A stretch of DNA of 30,100 nt from Fidelibacterota bacterium (GTDB lineage Bacteria > Fidelibacterota > UBA8477 > JABMPR01): contig JAUVKO010000001.1 in NCBI GenBank assembly GCA_030596225.1, positions 1 to 30,100 on the forward strand. Reading direction: 5' to 3'. Shown here piece by piece: positions 18,388 through 27,495 of this stretch (positions within the stretch are counted from its first letter, which is position 1; each line of letters starts with the position of its first letter). The translations under genes and the position numbers were made by a program. Below the pieces are notes generated by a model. The model was not told the DNA's origin. It worked only from the letters and a program-made list of their open reading frames with translations, and ran no database searches.

Positions 18388-20166
18388 CTATAAAATCAAT
18401 CGTCCCTCGATCTGAATACCGTTGGGCTTGAATTCGTAACCTTCAATTAGGAGATACTCCAAATCCCGAATCCAGTAGGAGTAGTTTATACGCAGCGCAT
18501 AGCTCTCACTCATATGAACTTCTATCCCTCCTCTCAATCCATAATTATATCCATAATTCGGGTCTGAGGCAGAGTCATCCTCTATCCAAATCTTTCTGTG
18601 CATAAAGGGACTATGGATTTGAGGTCCACCAACCAGTGTTAACCATTTATTGATCGAAATGGGGATAAGACTGTACAAGCTGAGTTGATAATAAATGTCT
18701 TCAATACCAGTTTTGAACGACAAATCGCCAAAATCTAGTCTCAGAGTATCTGATGATCTGGATTCTGTTAGTGCAATTCCAAATCGGATCGGTTCCCATG
18801 GGACTTCTACTCCGATAGCATAGCCAATCATGCTCTTCCTGTCATCTACATCATTCCCATTGGCGAATAATGGAATTTCATAGTTAGCACCGACCATAAA
18901 ACTTAGCCCATTAGTCAATTGAAGAGGTATTGATTTTGCATTCTGTTGGAGGCTTGAACGGACTCCAAGAAGGCCATTTATTGTAATATTCCAAGTTTCA
19001 AAATGAGTCCCGTACAGGGGGTGACTGTAGGCAGCATCCCAATCTGCGTAATCATACGATACCTGAATATGATGGTTGATAGCGTTAATTGCCGATAGCT
19101 TTGTTAGATGATATACCAAATTTAGTAATCCCTTGGAACTATAACTAATACCGGATTCAGTAGAATGAATCTTACCATCCAAATCGACATAGCTACCAAA
19201 ACGAATAGAGTAAAAGTCTAGAAGGTTAATTTCTTGCCCACGGGAGACTTGAACAAGATCAGAAGCTTCAGATTTAAACACATGTTGGATCAGGTTAATA
19301 TCGCCAAGACCCTTCTGGTATTCTATTGGCTCTTCATGACTAGTGCGGTGTTTGATGAGTAGGTCATTTGCTGCATGACCGATTTTGTATTCAAATAACT
19401 TCCAAGAATCAGTCAATGAGATACTCGTACTAAACCCAATTCCCACCCTAAGCTCTGTGGGCATGGGGTCAGCTTGATCTGGATCATTAAAAACAACAGG
19501 GTCTCCGATATTCACTGTGCTGATTCCGAACGAGGGTTTAATTTCTACCAGTGCACCACTTTTCAATGTCTCTGCAAAGGGGATATCTAGAAGAAAGCCT
19601 CGGTCAAATACATGATCTTCAGAACGGCCATTCCGTCCATTGATTTGTACGTCGCCTGTTAATGCCTGAACGATCTGCTTGCTAGCAATACCATATGAAA
19701 AAGTGTATGGAAGTTTCCAGATGGAACCAAAATATCTGACTGCAAGAACACTAGCATCTGCACGAAAGAATGTATTAAATGTACCTAAGTTCTCTCCATT
19801 CGGACCTGTATATTGCTGTTCACCAGCATCTAGAAACGTCCGGTATTGCTGAATATTCAATTGGAGAGGGAGCTTGGGGAAGCGATAACTTAAGCTAACC
19901 TGATTATGCGATAGAATCATATCGTCTACCAGTCCAGGCAACCATTTCATTTCCATACCTGACCCAGATATCGAGAATCCATGATAACTGCTGAATCCAT
20001 TAGCAGGGTTAAAATAGGTAGCGCCAATGTTATCATAGCTCAACCCAACACCGACCCCACCCATTCCATTAAGGGATGTAATGGGTCGAATTAGAAGAAA
20101 GAGTGCACTTTGTGCATTGAGTTCTGAAACAATAAATAGTACTAGAATTAATAGCAATCGTTGCAT
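18388..20166 (-). CDS. PorV/PorQ-family outer-membrane barrel with an additional C-terminal beta-barrel-like domain
   Basis: Signal peptide, then AQSALFLLIRP...GMGGVGV...ATYFNPA (PorV-type N-terminus), DPMPTELRVG and HPLYGTHF near aa 381-388. The last ~170 aa show alternating beta-strand patterns. Confidence 0.7.
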   Translation of the reverse strand: MQRLLLILVLFIVSELNAQSALFLLIRPITSLNGMGGVGVGLSYDNIGATYFNPANGFSSYHGFSISGSGMEMKWLPGLVDDMILSHNQVSLSYRFPKLPLQLNIQQYRTFLDAGEQQYTGPNGENLGTFNTFFRADASVLAVRYFGSIWKLPYTFSYGIASKQIVQALTGDVQINGRNGRSEDHVFDRGFLLDIPFAETLKSGALVEIKPSFGISTVNIGDPVVFNDPDQADPMPTELRVGIGFSTSISLTDSWKLFEYKIGHAANDLLIKHRTSHEEPIEYQKGLGDINLIQHVFKSEASDLVQVSRGQEINLLDFYSIRFGSYVDLDGKIHSTESGISYSSKGLLNLVYHLTKLSAINAINHHIQVSYDYADWDAAYSHPLYGTHFETWNITINGLLGVRSSLQQNAKSIPLQLTNGLSFMVGANYEIPLFANGNDVDDRKSMIGYAIGVEVPWEPIRFGIALTESRSSDTLRLDFGDLSFKTGIEDIYYQLSLYSLIPISINKWLTLVGGPQIHSPFMHRKIWIEDDSASDPNYGYNYGLRGGIEVHMSESYALRINYSYWIRDLEYLLIEGYEFKPNGIQIEGRLIL

Positions 20167-20174
20167 AGAGTCCC

Positions 20175-20228
20175 CACCTGTCAGTTAATCATGCTGAAAT
20201 GTACTCATTTTGTGTAGTATTTCAAAGG
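20175..20228 (-). promoter_or_regulatory. 54-bp repeated promoter/palindrome module, copy 1
   Basis: 47/54 identical to 26351-26404. The minus strand reads TTGAAA-16 bp-TACATT, followed by ACAGGTG near the RBS. Confidence 0.6.
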
Positions 20229-20252
20229 ATGGCTGGTCCCAACCCAACTCTG

Positions 20253-20759
20253 CTATTTAGAAGAGCGTAAATAGATTGTTGGCATTGTATAACTATCGTC
20301 TTCCTTCTTTAAGCCTAAATCATTAACGTAAATTATCGTATCTACCTGTGAAAGGTATGGGCTCATTTCAATGCTTGTGTCAGGAACGTTTGGGACAAAA
20401 GCGATTATTAAGGTATCATAGTCTGGATGCGTAAACGCCATCTCAAACTCAAATATGTATTCAAATTCAGGCTCCGAGCTGACACAGCCAGAATTACTTG
20501 ATTGATAATGCTCATGAACCACTCTTTCTAACTGATAGTGGCCTAAAGAATCTGACAAGGTGTTAGAGTGAAAATCACTCAGGTTTTGTTCGAGAAAATA
20601 AGCTCCAGACCTATCACTGTGTATTTTGACATTAGCAATGCCTAAACCAGAATACTCCATGACAAAACCATTTGCTGGAGCAGATTTTATAAGAACATCT
20701 GATGGACATCCAAAAAGAAGAGCAATCAATAGCAGCACAATTATGTGTTTAGGTCTCAT
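20253..20759 (-). CDS. Lipoprotein of unknown function
   Basis: MRPKHIIVLLLIALLFG-C lipobox. Beta-rich acidic mature part. Confidence 0.75.
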   Translation of the reverse strand: MRPKHIIVLLLIALLFGCPSDVLIKSAPANGFVMEYSGLGIANVKIHSDRSGAYFLEQNLSDFHSNTLSDSLGHYQLERVVHEHYQSSNSGCVSSEPEFEYIFEFEMAFTHPDYDTLIIAFVPNVPDTSIEMSPYLSQVDTIIYVNDLGLKKEDDSYTMPTIYLRSSK

Positions 20760-20825
20760 TGATACCTTTAGGGTTGTGTGTTATTTCATACATTCACTCT
20801 CCACCCCTCATGCTTGGACGGAGGC

Positions 20826-22466
20826 TCATCTGAGATAAACCATCTTAACAACGCTCGAATACTGCACCCCGTCAGAATGCGGGACCCCAACCTCCAGCCT
20901 TGCGAAGTACATTCCTGCAGCGACTTGTTTGCCTTCGCTGTCGCTTCCGTTCCACTTTGTCTCGTAGTGACCTGCTGGTTTAAATTCTGAGACTAGAGTC
21001 TGGATGTTTTGTCCCTGTATATCGTAGATGTTTAGTGTCACTGTTGAGTGTTCTGGTAGTTCATATGCTATCGTTGTACTGGGGTTAAAGGGGTTGGGGT
21101 AGTTTTGTAGATGCAAGGTTTCAGGAATGATATTTTGGCTATTATTCACATTTGTAGTTATCAAGGAATAAAATATTACTGCTTGTGCAGCACGAAAATC
21201 ATACTGATTAGCAAATTGATCGTCGAAAGTTAGCCATCGATCCCATATCCTCCAGCTGTTGCCCATCCACAGCTCACCAACGAATTCAGTTAGATTCCCA
21301 TGAGCATCATATCTATATATTTCTTGCTCATCATTTACCCAACTTGAGTCCACCCAATCTTTTTCTAACAAAAGGATCAAATTGCCATTATTGTTATAAG
21401 TATATGCTCTTTGCCAAAAGTTTGACCATGTTGATTCAGCCCAGTCTTCAACTACCCATAAAACTCTATTTTCATTGATATCATAAGTGTAAGTATATCG
21501 TCTATCACCAACCCAACTTGAGTCTCTATATGCTTCCATTAATTGAATAGATATATTCTCATTATCATCATATGTATAGATGATTCGCCAATAATTTATC
21601 CATGTTGAATCTTCCCGATACTCAGATAACCAGGAAATCCGATTCCCGCTAGTGTTAAGAGAGTATGTGTACCGGTAAATGCTTTCCCAGTGTGTACCAT
21701 ACCAATCTTCGTGTAAATGTGAAGTGTTATTACCATCACTATCGTATGTATTAGTTGTCCTAAACATAGGCATCCAGCTTGATCCAATCCATTCTTCCAT
21801 TACATAGGAAGTCTCATTTCCTTTACTGTCATAAGTATGGATAAATTGATATTCAGGTATCCAGCTCAATTCATACCACTTTTCTGATACCGAAAAAGTT
21901 TCATGCCCATAGCTATCGTAAGTATAGCTTGTTCGTGAGACATAAACCCACTCAAGGCTATCCCAATCTTCATTTAAAGATAATATCCTATTCTCATTGA
22001 GGTCATAGGAATAGGTATATTGAAAATTATATATCCAACTTGAGTCTGCCCAATCTTCGACTAACCATGAAATCCTATTCCCATTGCCGTTATAAGCATA
22101 TGTATATCGGTAATCGCCTACCCATACTGAACCAGTCCAATCTTCGCGCAACCAAGAAGTCATATTCCCACGACTATCAAATTTATATGTATGTTTTATC
22201 AGATTTCCGTCATCCCTTGTAATTATCAGACTATCCAGCACACTGGGACCTTCAGGAAACAGAATATTGGAACGCTCACCAAATTCCTCATATTGTATGT
22301 CATTGGAAGAATGTTCTTCAAAGGTTGGCAGGATATTCTTGAATTGATCGATACGGACATTTTCTCTTTCTATCTCCGTAAGGTCTTGTGGAATAGGAAA
22401 AAGCAAGATTGGTATCAACAGGACAAAAACTCTTGAAAAGTTTCTTGATTTCATGTCAGCTAGCAT
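20826..22466 (-). CDS. T9SS-type CTD protein with eleven 29-aa YD-like tandem repeats
   Basis: Signal peptide (alternative start 22454). Repeats of form YTY.YD..GN......E.W....W....R. CTD NYPNPFNPSTTI...KMVYLR. Confidence 0.85.
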   Translation of the reverse strand: MLADMKSRNFSRVFVLLIPILLFPIPQDLTEIERENVRIDQFKNILPTFEEHSSNDIQYEEFGERSNILFPEGPSVLDSLIITRDDGNLIKHTYKFDSRGNMTSWLREDWTGSVWVGDYRYTYAYNGNGNRISWLVEDWADSSWIYNFQYTYSYDLNENRILSLNEDWDSLEWVYVSRTSYTYDSYGHETFSVSEKWYELSWIPEYQFIHTYDSKGNETSYVMEEWIGSSWMPMFRTTNTYDSDGNNTSHLHEDWYGTHWESIYRYTYSLNTSGNRISWLSEYREDSTWINYWRIIYTYDDNENISIQLMEAYRDSSWVGDRRYTYTYDINENRVLWVVEDWAESTWSNFWQRAYTYNNNGNLILLLEKDWVDSSWVNDEQEIYRYDAHGNLTEFVGELWMGNSWRIWDRWLTFDDQFANQYDFRAAQAVIFYSLITTNVNNSQNIIPETLHLQNYPNPFNPSTTIAYELPEHSTVTLNIYDIQGQNIQTLVSEFKPAGHYETKWNGSDSEGKQVAAGMYFARLEVGVPHSDGVQYSSVVKMVYLR

Positions 22467-22598
22467 ATTCCCACATTTTAATGTCTATTACAGTAATTCG
22501 GCCTGATTTGCTCAAAACTTAAGAAACAATTTCAGGCTATCCAACATGTGATGCGAACACATGTAAATGTCACAAATAATCGACTTTACTTTCAACGA

Positions 22599-24866
22599 TT
22601 ACCTCAAATAAACCATCTTAACAACACTCGAGTAATGCACCCCGTTAGAATGCGGGGCACCTGCCCCGCTTGTGGCGGGATCTACGACCTGTAACCTCGC
22701 AAAGTACATTCCTGCGGCGACCTGTTTGCCGTCTCTGTCTGTTCCGTTCCATTGTGCTTCGTAATGACCTGCTGGTTTCGACTCAGAAACTAGGGTCTGG
22801 ATGTTATGACCTTGGATATCATAGATGTCGAGTGAGACTGTCGAGTGTTCCGGGAGTTCATACTGGATGGTGGTGCTGGGGTTGAAGGGATTTGGGTAAT
22901 TCGGGAATAACTTGTGGTTTTTAGGTATCAAACTTGACGGCTCAGGCACAACATTAACGACTATTCCGTTAGAATTGAATTCTGAGATACCAGAATCATC
23001 GCATACTATCCAAAGATTGCCATAATTATCTGTCGTAATCGATGTGATAGTATTGTCTAATATGGGTGTGATATCAGTATTATAAACATCCCAAGAAATA
23101 TTATCATATGCGACTAAACCTGTCCCAAAACCTCCGATCCATTTGATCCCATTTTGAACATGAAGAGAGATCAAGTTATCATTAGGAAGTCCTGAGTTGT
23201 CTGAATTGTAGACATTCCAATTGATACTATCGTACTTAACTAAACCAGCATCAGTGCAGATCCAGAGAGTATCATCATCAAAAGCAGTGTTGCGAATCAC
23301 GTTACTTGGCAAAGGACTGTTACTCTGATTATAAACGGACCACTGTAGTCCATCATATTTATATAAACCGTTATCAGTACTTAACCAAACTACTGAACCA
23401 ATGGTATTTATGTTGTTTATGTATGTGCAAGGCAACACTGAGTTATTTGAATTGAAAATATCCCAATTGTGGCCGTCAAAACGTACAAGTGAATTACCAC
23501 CTGCCACAATCCATATAATGCCATTGTCGCCTATCGATACTTCTGTAATTTGGTTACTAGGTAAACCAGAGTTAGAAGAGTTATAAGAAACCCAGTTAGT
23601 ACCATTGAACATCGTAAGCGCTCCAACTGCAGGAGATCCAATTGGACAATCCCCAAGTACACAAGCCCAAATATTACCATCAGCATCAAAATCTATATCC
23701 TGAATGTTGTTATAAGGTAAGTCGGAATTTGAACTATCGAATAATATCCAGCTATCTCCCTGATATTTAACAAGACCATTTTGTGTACAAATCCACTTAG
23801 CATTTGTGTTATCGACCTGAATTTGGTTGATATCATTTGTGCGTAATAGTGTTGGAGCTGTGTTATAGCATATCAACTCAGAGTCATTATATTTGCGCAG
23901 ACCATAATCATTATAATAGTTGAAGGTACCAACCCACTTATTATCCGCTTCGTCAATGAGTAAAGCTGTTATATCATCTGTTAATAATCCTGTGTTTTCT
24001 TCATCAAACACCTTCCAATTCGTACCATCAAAACAAGCCAAACCATTCCAAGTCCCAATCCATAGGTTGTTCTGTTGGTCAAAAGCAACATTTTTTACAG
24101 CATGGTGAGGCAAGGGTGAGTTCTGCGGAGTATATGTTGTCCATGAGGTATCATTGTAACAAGTCAAACCACCATAAAGACCAAGCCACTTTTTGTGATC
24201 GTCAATCTCGATTGAAAGAACGTGAATTGAAAGAATGTCGGAATTGGCAGGAGTAAATACCTCCCATATATTGCCATCAAACTTTACAAGGCCATCTTCG
24301 GTACAAATCCAATAGTTCCCTATGCTATCTTCCACCATGGCGTTGATATAGGTATCAGGTAAACCAGAGTTGTTGTGATTATAAACAGTCCATGAATTAC
24401 CATCAAATTTCAGCAATGAACCTCCGAATTGAGGAATCGAGCTTCCACAACCGATCCACAGGTTGTTGGAACTGTCTACATACAGCATTTGTATATAGTT
24501 CGAAGGTAGATCAGAATTAGAGATATCAAATACTTGCCAGCTATCACCATCATATCTAACAAGACCTCCACCCCCTCCCAACAATGAACCCGTCCCAATC
24601 CATTTAGATCCTGCACTATCAATGACAATCGAGGTGATCCCAGCATAGGGTAGACCAGAGATCTCATCATAATGATCCATATCTTGATTGAGCATATTAA
24701 GACAAACAAGGCCGTTGTCTGTGCCAATCCAAAGGAGGCTCTCTTCCTGGATAATAGCATTGATCTGATTGCCACCGGCTCGGTAATTTATCCAATTATC
24801 ATTACCGGTAGCTGTTATAGTTAATAACAGAACTATGAATCCGTTTGAGGCTATCCGAAGCAGCAT
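22599..24866 (-). CDS. T9SS-type CTD protein with 14 regulator-propeller-type blades (PorZ-like architecture); start re-called at 24866
   Basis: 14 I..I..D..G..WIGT-type repeats counted by eye (two 7-bladed propellers). CTD NYPNPFNPSTTI...KMVYLR. The ORF-track start at 24908 overlaps the upstream gene. Confidence 0.82.
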   Translation of the reverse strand: MLLRIASNGFIVLLLTITATGNDNWINYRAGGNQINAIIQEESLLWIGTDNGLVCLNMLNQDMDHYDEISGLPYAGITSIVIDSAGSKWIGTGSLLGGGGGLVRYDGDSWQVFDISNSDLPSNYIQMLYVDSSNNLWIGCGSSIPQFGGSLLKFDGNSWTVYNHNNSGLPDTYINAMVEDSIGNYWICTEDGLVKFDGNIWEVFTPANSDILSIHVLSIEIDDHKKWLGLYGGLTCYNDTSWTTYTPQNSPLPHHAVKNVAFDQQNNLWIGTWNGLACFDGTNWKVFDEENTGLLTDDITALLIDEADNKWVGTFNYYNDYGLRKYNDSELICYNTAPTLLRTNDINQIQVDNTNAKWICTQNGLVKYQGDSWILFDSSNSDLPYNNIQDIDFDADGNIWACVLGDCPIGSPAVGALTMFNGTNWVSYNSSNSGLPSNQITEVSIGDNGIIWIVAGGNSLVRFDGHNWDIFNSNNSVLPCTYINNINTIGSVVWLSTDNGLYKYDGLQWSVYNQSNSPLPSNVIRNTAFDDDTLWICTDAGLVKYDSINWNVYNSDNSGLPNDNLISLHVQNGIKWIGGFGTGLVAYDNISWDVYNTDITPILDNTITSITTDNYGNLWIVCDDSGISEFNSNGIVVNVVPEPSSLIPKNHKLFPNYPNPFNPSTTIQYELPEHSTVSLDIYDIQGHNIQTLVSESKPAGHYEAQWNGTDRDGKQVAAGMYFARLQVVDPATSGAGAPHSNGVHYSSVVKMVYLR

Positions 24867-24876
24867 GTTAGGCAAT

Positions 24877-25341
24877 CTAGTCCACCCTTGCAATGAATTG
24901 GCCCTCAACAGTCAATTTATCATCAGGACATTGCCAACAGCTTGATGCAAAGTCATAAACATCGAGCTCAAACTCACCGGCAATGGCGGAATTACTTCGA
25001 TTACTTATTTTTAAAAAGCCTTCTCCTGGTCCATACAAGGCCCCACCTACACCCCAGCACTGAAGTGAAAATACAACTCCATCGGTATTAGGGGTCATAC
25101 TAGTCCATTTGATTGTTTCTTCTATAAAGATTTCTTTTAAGATCTCAAAAAATAGTGTATCTGATATTACTATGGAAATTTTTTCAAATTCGGTGTCCTC
25201 GAGTGTTCTACTTCCAACTGTGGCCTTTGCCTTATACTCTACATTATCGATTGTCACAATTGCTTCACCAATTTTCATAGAATCTGGTTCGGAGCAACCG
25301 AATATTACTATCACAAGTATAGGTATAATTGACTTTAGCAT
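24877..25341 (-). CDS. Lipoprotein of unknown function
   Basis: MLKSIIPILVIVIFG-C lipobox. GGGGGA RBS. C-terminal CWQC motif. Confidence 0.75.
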   Translation of the reverse strand: MLKSIIPILVIVIFGCSEPDSMKIGEAIVTIDNVEYKAKATVGSRTLEDTEFEKISIVISDTLFFEILKEIFIEETIKWTSMTPNTDGVVFSLQCWGVGGALYGPGEGFLKISNRSNSAIAGEFELDVYDFASSCWQCPDDKLTVEGQFIARVD

Positions 25342-25546
25342 ATCATATCCCCCCTTTCGTATTTTAGCTCTATACTAGATTGAATATACATTTTTTTAAA
25401 CCGACATTTCTCGATGCGCATAACTTCCCTGCGCTCCTACTGCACAGCCATTAACTCTTAAATTTATGTCGTTTCTATTCATTATCATTAACAACTCAAC
25501 CGCCTAAAGCAGTTGTATGTGACTATTAGATACTCATGGTTTAGGA

Positions 25547-26326
25547 TTACCTTGTGATCGGATCACCATCCTCACCGATAAAGGTTACTTCGCCAGCAAA
25601 GGTTACTTCAAACGTCCAGAAGTGTTCGTACGCGCAGCCAGCAGGACAATCTCCCCACTTGAGATAATAATGTAGAACAAATTTGCTATCAGATTTTTCA
25701 GCAATGATGTCATTTGCATCACCACTCCAGTGGCTTGGTGTTGAATATCGTATATCGTCAACATGGCTGAAAAGTTCTGTCAGTGCCATCATATTCAAGA
25801 GAGAACGACTTCCCAGGGTAATATCATATACACCCAGAGATTGATGGTGGGCTGTTCTCAATACGTAAAGTTCATATTTTGCCACCAGGCTATCAACTAC
25901 CGGGTTACCGGTTTCTGTTTGCCCATCCATCCATTTCTGAGCCCAAACAGAAGTTGTGTCAATCCACATTGAGAACTGATCAAGTTGGAGCTGTCCGAAT
26001 AATTCAATCTGAAACGTATCGACGACAATACTTCGTTCAGGTAATTCAATCGCATTGTATACTGAAACCAGTCCAAAATAGAACTGCTTAATACTATCCT
26101 CAGGAATAATCACAGAGTCTTTCGAGTCATCCTCATTTTCCAATATTTCTCTTAATGCAAGATGGGTGGCTTCATTCCAGAAATGTGATTTGAGCGAATC
26201 ACTAAGGTTAGATTCGTCTGTCTGAAAGTTTAAGATATTCTTTGGTTGATCTGTCGTCTCTTCACACGACAGCAACCCTATTAGAACAAAACCAACTATT
26301 AGCTTCAAAACTTTCATATAATCCAT
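25547..26326 (-). CDS. Lipoprotein of unknown function with WGDCPAGC motif
   Basis: MKVLKLIVGFVLIGLLS-C lipobox (alternative start 26317). Confidence 0.78.
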   Translation of the reverse strand: MDYMKVLKLIVGFVLIGLLSCEETTDQPKNILNFQTDESNLSDSLKSHFWNEATHLALREILENEDDSKDSVIIPEDSIKQFYFGLVSVYNAIELPERSIVVDTFQIELFGQLQLDQFSMWIDTTSVWAQKWMDGQTETGNPVVDSLVAKYELYVLRTAHHQSLGVYDITLGSRSLLNMMALTELFSHVDDIRYSTPSHWSGDANDIIAEKSDSKFVLHYYLKWGDCPAGCAYEHFWTFEVTFAGEVTFIGEDGDPITR

Positions 26327-26350
26327 CTCAAATGTATTTCACCACCCCAT

Positions 26351-26404
26351 CACCTGTCAGTCAATCATGCTGAAATGTAGTTTATTTATGTAGTGTTTCA
26401 AAGG
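26351..26404 (-). promoter_or_regulatory. 54-bp repeated promoter/palindrome module, copy 2
   Basis: 47/54 identical to 20175-20228. TTGAAA-16 bp-TACATT on the minus strand. Confidence 0.6.
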
Positions 26405-26411
26405 TAAGCAC

Positions 26412-26460
26412 CTACCTCAAATATACCATCCATCTGCGTCCTAAAGGACTACGATGGATA
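26412..26460 (-). repeat. Hairpin plus orphan ATG-GTA-TAT-TTG-AGG-TAG (MVYLR*) copy
   Basis: Hairpin ATCCATC...GATGGAT (26428-26459) overlaps a second MVYLR-stop at 26429-26412, downstream of the true stop at 26466. Confidence 0.75.
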
Positions 26461-26465
26461 AATCT

Positions 26466-27383
26466 TTATCTTAAGTAAACCATTTTGATGGTTTGCGCAT
26501 TGTCCCCGGCCTGAAGTCTTGCGAAGTACACACCGGTGCTGACTTGCTGACCGTGACTGTCTGTTCCGTTCCATTTTGCCTCGTAGTGTCCAGCCGGTTT
26601 CGACTCGTAGACTAGAGTCTGGATGTTTCGTCCTTGGATATCATAGATGTTGATTGAGACTGTTGAGTGTTCTGGTAGTTCATACATGATGGTTGTAACT
26701 GGATTGAATGGGTTGGGGTAGGACATTGCTGATAAATGATGCTGTTCCAGATTCCCACTTCTGCATGGGTCTATAGATGTTTCATGGACGGGATTTCGGT
26801 ATACAAAAACCACCCATTTAGCAACATTAAAATCGGTGCTTCCGACTGTTGGTGTGTAGAGATACGTCATCACATGAAATGGATATTCAGCAAATTGATC
26901 TATTATTGTTCGTTTTGAAAGATCACGCCATATAGAATCAGCTCTTAATTCAATATCCGGGAATGCCTCAACAGGCCATTGATCTGCCTCAAAATTATAA
27001 CTTGATGTAGCTTGATTTGGTGTCTGATCAGAATTCGGGAATGAGTCTGGAGGAAAAAAATACTCTGGGATACTTATGGAACCTGTGCCCATCCATACTA
27101 TTGTTGCGAAAAATACCGTATCTTCTGTGCAAGGATATGAAAACATGTCCCAGCCAAAATCCACTGGTGGTTGATAAGTGAAGATTAAAGGCACGCCAGA
27201 AGAGTCGTAGGATCCACAGATTGGGTAGTTTTGTATCTGCCCTCCTTCAAATTCACTCGTTAGAAAATCATAGATGAAGATTCCGATTGAGGTCGAATCA
27301 TCTGGAAGGTCCCAGGATCGTTGTCCTGAAAGCGAGATGCCAGCTAGAAGCGTCACAATAATAATCGTTAATTTGTAACTCAT
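26466..27383 (-). CDS. T9SS-type CTD protein of unknown function (start re-called at 27383)
   Basis: MSYKLTIIIVTLLAGISLSG signal peptide with AAGGAAGG RBS. CTD SYPNPFNPVTTI...NAQTIKMVYLR. Confidence 0.82.
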   Translation of the reverse strand: MSYKLTIIIVTLLAGISLSGQRSWDLPDDSTSIGIFIYDFLTSEFEGGQIQNYPICGSYDSSGVPLIFTYQPPVDFGWDMFSYPCTEDTVFFATIVWMGTGSISIPEYFFPPDSFPNSDQTPNQATSSYNFEADQWPVEAFPDIELRADSIWRDLSKRTIIDQFAEYPFHVMTYLYTPTVGSTDFNVAKWVVFVYRNPVHETSIDPCRSGNLEQHHLSAMSYPNPFNPVTTIMYELPEHSTVSINIYDIQGRNIQTLVYESKPAGHYEAKWNGTDSHGQQVSTGVYFARLQAGDNAQTIKMVYLR

Positions 27384-27495
27384 TTTATCCTTCCTTTGGA
27401 CACCAACGCCATGCACAACTCACGATCAGCTTGTGAAACGGATCTTTTGGGGTGCGATCCATGTTATGTAATTTATTGACTGGCATATTAAAACG

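Noticed and set aside
20826-22466. RHS/polymorphic toxin interpretation of the YD-like repeat protein
   Set aside because: There is no RHS core motif or variable toxin tip; the C-terminus is a sorting domain.
25342-25546. Possible integron attC site (ATACAAC ... GTTATGC on the coding strand)
   Set aside because: No L boxes or extended hairpin pair the candidate ends, other intergenic gaps lack similar sites, and no integrase is present. The local CAACTGC-TTTA-GGCGGTTG hairpin is better read as a REP or terminator-like stem.
20626-26918. Short + strand ORFs within the array (e.g. 20626-20838, 22670-22885, 25109-25378, 25879-26091)
   Set aside because: They are antisense shadows of the minus-strand secreted-protein genes.
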